A DNA stretch of 34,847 nucleotides from Chthoniobacteraceae bacterium. Lineage in GTDB: Bacteria; Verrucomicrobiota; Verrucomicrobiia; Chthoniobacterales; Chthoniobacteraceae. Positions within the stretch are counted from its first letter, which is position 1; the number at the start of each line of letters is the position of its first letter. Where the stretch lies: the NCBI GenBank assembly GCA_031409655.1, contig JANNXQ010000139.1, positions 1 through 34,847 on the forward strand, given 5' to 3'. The notes under the pieces were generated by a model that ran no database searches, had not been told where the DNA came from, and worked only from the letters and a program-made list of their open reading frames with translations. Both the position numbers and the translations under genes were made by a program. Below, one piece after another: positions 1 to 11,000 of this stretch.

Positions 1-54
1 TCGCCGCTGTTCGGCGCCCTTTGCTGAGCAGCGTCGCATAGGGGAAAAAAGAGA

Positions 55-82
55 TTGCCAAGGGCGCTTCGCCCGCTACCAT
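55..82 (+). promoter_or_regulatory. Putative sigma70-type promoter of rpmI
   Basis: TTGCCA (55-60), 16 nt spacer, TACCAT (77-82), ending 9 nt before the rpmI ATG; no Shine-Dalgarno sequence. Confidence 0.5.
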
Positions 83-91
83 ACCCGGTAC

Positions 92-301
92 ATGCCTCGA
101 TCCATCGCACGTCGCAAGACGAAAAAGTCCGCCTCCAAGCGCCTCAAAATCACCGCGACGGGCAAAATCATGCGCCGCAAACCCGGCCTTCGTCATCTCG
201 CTTCGAGCAAGAGTTCCAAGCGCAAGCGCAAGCTCGGCAAAGACGGGGAAGTCCACGTCACCATGGTGAAGCGCATGAAGGCCTGCCTTCCCTTCGGTTA
301 A
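92..301 (+). CDS. rpmI: 50S ribosomal protein L35
   Basis: 69 aa basic protein with KTKKSASKRLKITATGKIMRRKPGLRH; upstream of rplT. Confidence 0.97.
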   Translation: MPRSIARRKTKKSASKRLKITATGKIMRRKPGLRHLASSKSSKRKRKLGKDGEVHVTMVKRMKACLPFG

Positions 302-431
302 ACGGGAGCGCTTCTTTCGATCCTGCCCGTCTGTCCCGCCTTTTGCGGGATGCCTCGGTGAGCGAGGAGGCGGATCTTTTCACCAAAAACAGCAACAGCT
401 CGCCGAACGAAACCAGTAACCGAACCAGACC

Positions 432-818
432 ATGCCAAGAGCCACTAATGCGCCCGCGAGCCGCGAGCGCCGAAAGAAAGTCGTCGATGAAGCCCGCGGA
501 TTCCGCGGCCGGCGCTCAAAACTTTTCCGCTACGCCAAGAATGCGGTGATGAAAGCCCAATACTGGGCTTTCCGCGATCGCAAGACGCGCAAGCGCAACT
601 TTCGCATGCTCTGGCAGCAGCGCATCAATGCCGCCGCCCGCGCGCACGGCCTCACTTACAGCCGTTTCATGGAAGGCATCAAAGCCGCCGGGATCGAGCT
701 CGACCGCAAGATCCTCTCCGACCTCGCGGTGACCGACGAGGCCGCGTTTAAGGCGATCTTCGACAAGGCCAAGGCCGCGCTCGACGATAAACGCTCCGCC
801 GCGAAGAAGGCCGCTTAA
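432..818 (+). CDS. rplT: 50S ribosomal protein L20
   Basis: [30 protein letters not shown] and [13 protein letters not shown] motifs. Confidence 0.98.
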   Translation: MPRATNAPASRERRKKVVDEARGFRGRRSKLFRYAKNAVMKAQYWAFRDRKTRKRNFRMLWQQRINAAARAHGLTYSRFMEGIKAAGIELDRKILSDLAVTDEAAFKAIFDKAKAALDDKRSAAKKAA

Positions 819-844
819 GCAAGCGCATCGAACGTCAGGATTTC

Positions 845-886
845 ACAGCCTCGAATGCGCCCCGCGTGTTCGAGGCTGTTTCTTTT
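845..886 (+). terminator. Intrinsic terminator after rplT
   Basis: ACAGCCTCGAATGCGC (845-860) pairs with GCGTGTTCGAGGCTGT (864-879), followed by a T-rich tail. Confidence 0.85.
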
Positions 887-952
887 CAGAATCGCAGATT
901 TCAGATCTCAGATTTCAGATTGAGATCCGAGGTCCGCATCCAATCTGAAATT
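884..952. repeat. Degenerate 7-bp tandem repeat (TTTCAGA) with an inverted copy
   Basis: tttcaga/atcgcaga/tttcaga/tctcaga/tttcaga; ATTTCAGATTG (912-922) is the reverse complement of CAATCTGAAAT (941-951). Confidence 0.7.
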
Positions 953-956
953 CCCC

Positions 957-1970
<1,014 letters not shown>

Positions 1971-2009
1971 CGGTGCGTGCCTGCCATGGGCGGCCCGCCC
2001 GTCGGTGTG

Positions 2010-5000
2010 CTAGGCCGCGCCTCCGCGACGGCTCTCCTGGCGGCGCTTCTCGGACTTGCGCCTCTCGCGCCAGCCAGCGAGGCCAAACATGGCCAGACCG
2101 ACCACGACGCCGGAAGGTTCCGGGACGGGCGTGGCCGAGACTTCACCGAGGGTTCCATCGAAGGGCGCGAACGTGTTGTAGAGGCCGCCGGTGAAGCCGG
2201 TCGCGAGAGTCGTGCCGCTGTTGCTGTAGAAGTTGATCTTGCTCAACTGTCCGCCGAGGAGGCCGCTGGGATCCACGCCGATGTAGAGCCGATCGAGGCC
2301 GGCGGTCCAGTTCCAGACGCTCAGCGTCGTGCCGGTCCAGTTCGCTCCCAGTGCGCTGCTGTCGTCGAAGCGCAGGACGATGCCGCTGGCGAAGGTGCCG
2401 AAGTCGATCACGGAATTGGCGCTCAAGGTGAGCGTGCCGAATTGCTCGTCGAGGCCATCGACTGCGCCGCGAATCTTGCCGCCGGCGAGTGTGACGGGGG
2501 CGCTGTCGTTGACCTGATCGCTGAGGCTGCTCAGGAGTAGGGTGCCACCCGCGTTCACCGCGACCGAGGCGGTATAGCCGAGGGCCTCGAAAGCGGTGGT
2601 CTCGAGGGTGCCGGTATGCACGGTGGTCGGGCCGTCGAAGAAGTTGGTGTTGGCGAGGACGAGCAGGCCGGGGCCGGTCTTGGTCAGGCCGTAGTTGATC
2701 AGCGTCTGGCTGCTCGAGATCGCGCCGCTGAAGGTGGTCGTGCCGGTGTTGGTCGTTTCGATTTCGCGCGTCGCGCTGTTCAGCGTCACGAAGCCGCTGA
2801 ACTCGAAATCCTCCGCGCCGCCGATTTTCATCGGGCCGTTGAGCGTTAGGTTGTTCACGAGGGTGAGCGGGCTGCCGCTGACGTTGCGGATTTCGCCGCC
2901 CTGGATGAAAAGCCCGGTGCTGGCGAAAGCTGAGGCATCGCCGACGGCGAAGACGCCATCCTTGAGCACGGTGTCGCCGCCGTAGGTATTGGCGACGCTG
3001 AGCGTGAGGGTGCCGGCGCCGGTCTTGATGAGGCCGACCGAGCTGGTGATCGCGCTATTGATATCGAAGGTCACGTCGCCGGAGCCGCCGATCGCCAGCG
3101 CGTTGCTGCCAGCGCGAATGGTCTTGGAAACGATGTTGCCAATGCCGGTCACGAGGAGATTTCCCGAGGTGAGCGTGAGTTCGCCGATGCCGGTCACGCT
3201 GCTGACATCCTTGAGCCAGAGGGCGTTGATTGTCGTCGCGCTGGGCAGCGCGATGGCGCTGCCGTCTGCCTTCACATTGTCGGTGACGGCGCTGCCATCG
3301 ACGAGCGTCGCAGTGAACTCCGTGGCCGGATGAAGCAGGCGCACACCTTTCACCGGGTCGTAGGTCACGAGCTGCGTGCCGAGGCCGGTGGCGCTGGTGT
3401 CGCCGAATCCGCCGCGGATGATGCTGATGCTCGGGTGGCCCGCCGGGGCGCCGCCGCCGATGAGCGGGAACTCGTTCGTATTCGTCGGGGTGAGGAGAAG
3501 GTTCGCGCTGTTCGCGGTGCCGGGGGCGTTCACGCCGAGATTCGTGCCGCGCCAGAGGCTCGCGGCGGTGGCGGCGTTCGTCGGGAGGCCGGCGAGGCGG
3601 ACGATGGCGGCCTGGCCGCTGCCGGGCGTGAGCGTGACCGTCGAAGCACCGGCCCCGAGCGCGAGCCCGTTGAAGACTTCCTCGGTCGTCGCGCTGCCGC
3701 TGCCAAGCAGATTCAGCGAGCCGCCGTTCAGTGTGACGCCACCCGCGTTGTCGTGGAGGCGATCGGAGGAATGCGTGCCGGTGTCGTCCAGGGTGAGCGC
3801 GGCTCCGGCGTTGACCGTGTGCGTGCAGGCATTGGCCGCGAGGGAGCCGCGGTCTCGAAGGACGACAGCCCCGGCGTTGACAGTGAGCGCGCCGCTGTAG
3901 GGCATCGCCTCGGTGAGGATGAGATTGCCGGTTCCATTTTTGTTCAAGGTGGTGCTCCCGACGAACTGGCCGCTCCAGGTGGCGTCGTAGCCGTTGGTCT
4001 GGATCGCGCCGGCGTTGGTCGTGCCGGCGGCGTGGATCAGCCGGCCACTGGTCCAGTTGCCGCGCAGGACGATGTCTTGCCCGGTGGCACTCGTGGCCAG
4101 CAGGATCTCACCGCCGTTGCCGAAGGCGGAGTCACCGTCGATGTAGAGGTGGCCGCCACTCCACTGGGTCGGGCCCGTGTAGTTGTTCGCGGCGTTGATC
4201 TCAAAAACGGCGTCGCTCGTGGCGTAGCCGATGCCGCCGGCACCGGTGATCGCCTGGTTGAGCTGCCAGCGCTGATAGGCCGCGCCGGTGAAGGCGCCGA
4301 AGCCGGTCGTCTCCACGGCCCGGTTGAAGGCCAGCGTGTCGGAGCCGGTGTAAGTCAGGCTCGTGGCGGACCCGCCGCCAAAGCGCACCGCGCCGCCCGC
4401 CGTGCCGAGGTTGGCGTCGGAGGCAAAGTTCACGGCGCCCTCGTTAATGGTCAGGCCGCCGGTGAAGGTGTTGGTGCCGCCCAGGATCAAGGCACCGGCA
4501 CCGGACTTGGTCACGCCGCCGCTGGTCGTGAGGTTGTAGTCGAGCGTGGTGCCGCCGCTGTCGTTAATCACCAGCTCACGGGTATTGCCCGAGCCGGTGA
4601 GGAGCGCATTCGTGATCGCGCCGAGGGTCAGTCCGGCTCCGGTGATGGACAGGCCGCCACTGTCGAGTGTGAGATCGAAAGCGCCGGTCACATTGCCCCC
4701 GGTGACGACCAGCGAATTCACTGTGGTCGTTGCGACGAGCATATCCGCGCCGGTGCTGCGGACATTGTCCGTCGGGCCTGCGCTGATGAGGCTGGTCGCG
4801 TATTCGCTGGTGGCCAGCGGGCGCAGGCCGTCCGCGCCGTAGGTCAGGTAGCTGCTGGTCGCGGGCTGGAAGGCCCAGGGCAGGATGCTCTGATTGGTGG
4901 TGCCGACCGCGCCGCCGCCGCCTGACAGAGCCGCGGCCGGAGCGCCGCCTTCGATCTGCGTGAGGAAAATGCGCGCGCCGCCGATCGGCGATTGCGTGAG

Positions 5001-8000
5001 GCCGAGATTCGTGGCGTTCACATTCAGCGTGCCGCGTGCGGCGCTGCGGGCCAGATTCGCGACGGAGACAGTGCTGGGCGCGCTGCTGCCGCTGGTGATC
5101 GTGAGCGTGCTGCCACCAGCCAGCGTGATGGGGCCGAGGTTGTGATTGCCTGGCGTGTTCGCGTTTTCCGTGAAGGCGATGCCGCCGCCCGCGAGGGTGA
5201 TGGGGGTGCTCGTGCCGATGCGATTGGCGATGGTGCCACCGGCAGCAGCGTTGTCGTCGGTGTTGTTGAACGCGAGCGTGCCGCCGCGGATTTCCACCGC
5301 CGTGCTGGCCAGGGTGCCCGCGCCGGCGAGCTGCAGTATGCCGCTCCGAATGACGGTGCTGCCCGTGTAGCTGAGCGGCTGGGTGAAGGTGCTGGTGCCG
5401 CTCGACTGGGAGGCTTTGGTTACGCCGCCGGTGCCGGTGATGTCGCCCGTGAAAAGGCCGCCAACGTTGTCGTAGATGGTGAGCCGGTTTGCGCCGAGGG
5501 CGACCGTTCCGTCGCTCACCTGGCCGAGATTGAACGACCCGATGATCGCCGCGGTGTTGAGGCTGGCGACGGAGCGGTCGCTGCCGCCGAGATCGAAGGT
5601 CGCTCCCGGCAGGACGGTGACGGCGCTGCCGAGGGGATTGAGCGCGGCCGTCGCACTATCGAGCCGGAGCGTGCCCTGCGCGACGGTCACCGCGCCGGTC
5701 GCTGTGTAACGACCGTTCAGAGCCAGCGTGCCCTCGCCATATTTCATGAGGCCAGCGCCGGGCAGGATGCTGCCCACGGTGAGCGTGGTGCCTGCGCCGG
5801 GGATGAGGAAAACGTAGCCCGCATTCGCGTCGGTGAGATTGGTGCTCAGGCTGGGCACGTCGATCGAGGCATTGCCCGTGGCCAGCACGGTGCTCTGGCC
5901 GAGGAGCAGCGTGCCGGGGCCGCCCACGCTCGCGCCGGCGCCCAGCTTCAGCGCGGTGAGGGCGGTGGTCTGATTCACCGAGGCCGCGCCGGTCAGGGCC
6001 ACGTTCGGCGCGCGGTTGAGGTCGAAATTTCCCGCCGGAATGGTGCCCGAGTATTCGCCCGCCGTGAGGGTGCGGAAGCCGGTGTCCGCCGCGTACGTGA
6101 GGAAATCCGTGCCGCTGCCGGTGGCGCTGGTGTCGCCCATGAAACCGGGGAGGAGATTGATGAAGGGCGTGCCTTCCGCGCCGCCCGCGCCGCCGAGTTG
6201 CACGCCGCCGCTGCCGAGATCGGTGACGAACCAGTTCGTGTTCCCCGGGCCGGGCAGCGCGCCGAGATTCGTGCCGCGGATGAGGCCCGCGCTGACGGCG
6301 CTGGTCCGGGCAAGCAGCCCGCTGGTGAGGGTGGTGCCGCCGCCAGAGAGCGTGACCGTGCCCGCGAAGAGATCGAGTTGATTGGTGCGCTCGCTGGTGC
6401 CCGCGGCGTGGCCGATGATTTTCAGCTCGCCGCCATTCAGCCGCAGCGCGCCGCTGGCGGCATTGCCGGTGCCGAAGGGCGTGTCCCACACGTCGGGCAG
6501 GCGGTTGTTGTTATTCGTCGCGGCGTTGTCGAGCACGAGGGCCGCGCCGGGATTCACGAGCACGGTGGCGGTGTTGAGGAAGCCGCCGGTGCCGGTGCTG
6601 TTGAGCAGGCTGCCATTCGCACCGCTGAGCCGCAGCGTGCCGCCGAAAATCTGGCTGGCTCCGGTGAACATCTCGGTGCCGGTGAGGTTCAGCTCACCCG
6701 CGCCGAATTTGTAGAGGCCGCGGATGGCGGTGCTGCGCGCATCGAGCAGCGTGCCGCTGAGGGTCACGGCGTTCCCATTTGTGTCGAAGCCAAACCCAGT
6801 GCCGTTCTGCGCGCTGTTCACGATGAAGTCCTGCGTGAGCGTCATCGGCGCATCGAAGCGCAGCGTCTGCCCGCCCGCGGTGCTGATCGCGGAGTCGGTG
6901 AAGACAACGCGGGGGTTCGTGCCGAGCGCGGCGGGGTTGTCGATGGCCAACGCGCCGGCGGCGATGAGCGTGGCACCGCTGTTCGTATTTGCGCCAGTGA
7001 GCCGCAGCACGCCGCTGCCGTCTTTTAAGATGCCGCCATTGCCACTCACGCTCGTGCTCGCCGCGTCCAGCGTGGTGCCGCTGACGACGTGGAAGCCCGC
7101 GCTCGCGCCGAGCCCCGCGCCACTGCCGCCTGCGGCGACGATACTCTTGCCAGTGAGCGTGGCATCGGGGCCGCGATACTTGAGGAAGCCGCCCCCGAGT
7201 TGGAGCTGGGTGCTGCCGCCGAGCGCGGCGAGATTGTCGATGACGAGATTGCCGGCGTTCACCGTGGTCGCACCGGTGAAGGTGTTGGTGCTGTTGCCGA
7301 GGTAGAGCGCGCCCGCGCCGGACTTGGTGAGGCCGCCGCTGGTGGTGACTTTCGCGCCGAGGGCGAGGTCGCCGACGGCGAAGACATTCAATTCCCGCGT
7401 GTTCGCCGCGCCGGTCTGGAGTTCGGCGACCTGGATGCCGAGCGGCACGCCCGCGGTGCCGGCAGCGTTGGTCGTATAGACATTCGCGACCGGACTGAGA
7501 ATGAGGCCGCTGGAGACGATGAGCTTCTCCGTCGTGGCGCTCTCGAGGCGCGTGCGGCTCGCGGTGCCGGCGAGGTTGAGAGCATTCACCGTCTTGTCCC
7601 CACCGCTGATCGTGGTGGTGGTGAGCGACCCGGTGTTGAGCCGCACGTTTTCCGTCGCGGCTGCGGTGGTGAGGCTGTCCCGCACTTCGGAGTTCGGGTC
7701 GGTGTTCAGCACGCGGACGCCGTTCGCGCCGTAGGTGACGAAGTTTGATCCCGGATCCGAGCCGGTGATTCCGCCGACTGCGTAAGGCAAGATGCTGATC
7801 GTTCTGGTCCCGATGGCGCCGCCACCGCCGACGAGTTGTGTACCGGGCAGATTGCCGAAGGTGAGCTTGGCGATCGCGGTCGTCGCCACCGCAGCCGTGC
7901 CCATGTTCGCATTCCCGGCGCGGAAGAGGAAGGTGCCTCGGTTCACGCGGGTGAGACCATTCGCGACGTCGCCGAAATTCAGCGTGCCGCCAGCGTTCAT

Positions 8001-11000
8001 GGTCACGATGCTCAGCCCCGCACCGCGCAGCGAGCCGACCGTCTCGCTCGTGGCGGTCCCACCGTTGGTGGTGAATTGAAACTCGCCCGCGTTGCTGAAG
8101 ATGGCCTGGGTGTCGGCGAGGCGCGTGCCGAGGTCGCTCGCGTTGTTGAGCGCGAGCAGCGGGCCGCGGTTCGTGTTGTTTCCCCACGCCCCGAGCGTCA
8201 TGGCGTTTTGGAAGGGCAGGGCACCATTGGCGGAGATGGTGGTCGTGCCGGTGCCGGAGAGCAGATGAAAGCCGCCGCCAAAGGTGTTGCCGCTGGCCGT
8301 CAGCGCGATCGAGCCAGTGCCAGTCTTGGTGAAAGCGGCGGCGGCGTTGCCGGTGATGTTGCCATCCCAGGTCATGGCAATGTTGTTGAAGCCGGTGGTG
8401 AGCTGTCCGCCGGAGCCGAGGGCGATATTCGATCCCGCGTCCAGATTCTGCACCGCCCCGAGCTCGCGCGCCTGGTTGGCGAGATTGAATGTGGTTTCCA
8501 CGCTAACCACGCGATCGACGCGCAACGTCGCGCGGCGCAATTGGCCGGTGCTCCCGAGCGTGATCGTATTTGCCGTCTCACCCGAGCTGATCCGCACCGG
8601 CGCAAAGAAAGACCGGTTGTCGCCAGAGATGATGAATTTTCCAGGACCGGAGAGGCTCAACTCAGCTCCGCTTACCGCCAGGATCTGGCCGGAAAGATCG
8701 AGCGTGGCCGTCGCGGTCGCGGCGTTGATCGTCTCGGTGCCGCCGAGGACGAAGATCGTGCGGGGCAGGGGAAAAGTCGTGGCGCTTCCAGGTGCAGCCG
8801 TGAGGCGGAGCGTGGCCGTACCATTTCCCAAGCGGATTCGGCTGCTGGCCGCGCCGAGCTGCGCGTTATCAGTGAAGGTCAGGATGCCGGCAGTGATTTG
8901 AGTATCGCCGGCGTAGTTATTGGTCGTGCCTAGATTGATCGTGCCGGTGCCGGATTTGTTGAAGCCGCCGCTGCCGCCGATCGTGCCATTGAGGGTCAGC
9001 GCGGTGCCGCTCGCGGCGCTGAGGCTATTGGCCAGCGTGACGACGGCGCTGGCGACCAGGGGCTGCGGGGTGGCGGCGAGAGTGATCGCTCGGCTTGTCG
9101 TGCTGTCCGCCGTGGCGTTTAAGGTGCCACCCTGAATGGTGATACCGTTGGCAAGATTCCCGAGCTGCGCATCCGCGCCGTAGTCGAGTCGGCCGGACCA
9201 GATTTCCACGCCGCCGGTGAAAGGATTCGGCAAAGTGCCATTGAGCGTGAACGGATTTGGGCCGGTCTTGACGAGCTTGCCAAATCCCTGAAGCACGCCC
9301 GCCGCCCCGCCAAAGCTGCCGCCGCTCACGCGCAAATCCACCGGCGTGAGCGCGGCGGAGCCGAGTTGCACCGTGTGCGCCTGGCCAAAGTCGCCCGCCG
9401 TGGTCAGCGAGGAAAAGCTGCGCCACGGCGTGCCGCTCGGCGCGGTCGCGGCGCTGAGATCCAGCCTGTAGGTGCCGGCTGGACCGGCGCTCGCGCCGAA
9501 GGTGACACTTGCTGCATTCAGCGCCCCCGGGCCCGCGAGGGCCAAGGTGCCGCCCTGGGTGGCGTCGCCGATGGAGACGGTCCCCGCATAGCCATTGTCC
9601 CCGCTGGCGATGGTGAGGGTGCCCGCACCGAAGATCTGCAGTGGCCCCGTGCCGTTGATGGGTCCGGAGAGCGTGACGGTGTTCCCACCCTTGAGCAATT
9701 GCAGCGCATTCCCCGTCTCGATGGTCAAAGCGCGCGCGCTCGTCCACGGTCCGGTGAGATTCAGCACGCCGCCGGAAGTGTGGAGGAAGCCGCCCGCCGC
9801 TCCGAGCCGAGCATCTGCATCGAACTGCAAAGTGCCGGCCCCGAGATAGGTGCCACCGGAGTAACTGTTCGTGCCGGCGAGGACGAGGGTACCAGCGCCG
9901 TCTTTCCGCAGGCCGCCCGCGCCGGTGATGTTGCTGTTCAAATTAAGCGTGGAGCTCGTGACGTTGAAGCCGGCGATACCGCCATTGGTGACGATCGGCG
10001 TCCCCAGGGTGTCCGAGCCGGTGAAAGTGAGGCCCGCGCCGGCGGCGGTCTGGCTGGGGCTGTTGAAAGTGAGCGACGTCGCGCCGCCGAGGCGCGCGAT
10101 CGCGCTGACGCTGAGTTGTCCGCCATTGATGGTGATGCCGCCGGCGATGGTATTGCCCGTGCCGGACAGGATGAGCGTGCCGTGCCCGCTCTTGACCAGC
10201 GATCCGGCGGTGACGGTCCCCGAGATCGTCAAAGTATTCGTCGTACTGAGTGGACCGACGACGCTGATCAGGCCCTCGCCCGCGCCACCCGCGCCGAGTT
10301 TCACCGGTGCGGCAATCGTGTGGTTGAGGACATTGCTCGCGAGCGCCCCGCTGGTGATCGTGATGGCATTCGCTCCGCCAATGCTCAGGCCGGGCGATCC
10401 GACGAAGATCGAATTCACGGTGACCGGCGCCAGGGGGGAGGTGACCGACCCGCTGATGCGCATGTTTTGAAAATTGTCCGGGAGGCCGTTGAAGTTGCTG
10501 GAGGTGTTGTATTCGTTCGCTGCCGTGTTCAGCAGCCGCACGCCATTTGCGGTGTAGGTCACAAAGCCGCTGCCGGCGGCGTAGCTGGTGCCGGTGTTTA
10601 CGATGTCTCCCAGTGCCCAAGGGAGGATGCTGATGGTCGGGGTGCCCGCGCCGCCACCACCGCCGACCAGCGCTCCTGCGGGAGCCGCGCCATTCAGCAG
10701 CGTGAGCAGCACGTTCCCCTGGGCCGCCGCTAGCCCCGGTCCAGCCGCTGCACCGCCAAGATTCGGTCCGGTGAAAGTGACTGTGCCGCCCGCGCTGCGG
10801 ATGAGATTGGCGATGGCCACCTCCGTCGCCGCGCCCGCTGGGGGCGAGACGCCGCCCGCGGTGCCCGCAACGATCGTGGTGAGCCCGCCCGGATTCACCG
10901 TGCCGAGGCTCTGCGTGACCAGGCCGTCATTGCCAAACGTCTCGAGGAAACCGCCGGTGACCCCGATGCTGGTCCAGGCCGAGACGCGCGAGTTTGCCGC

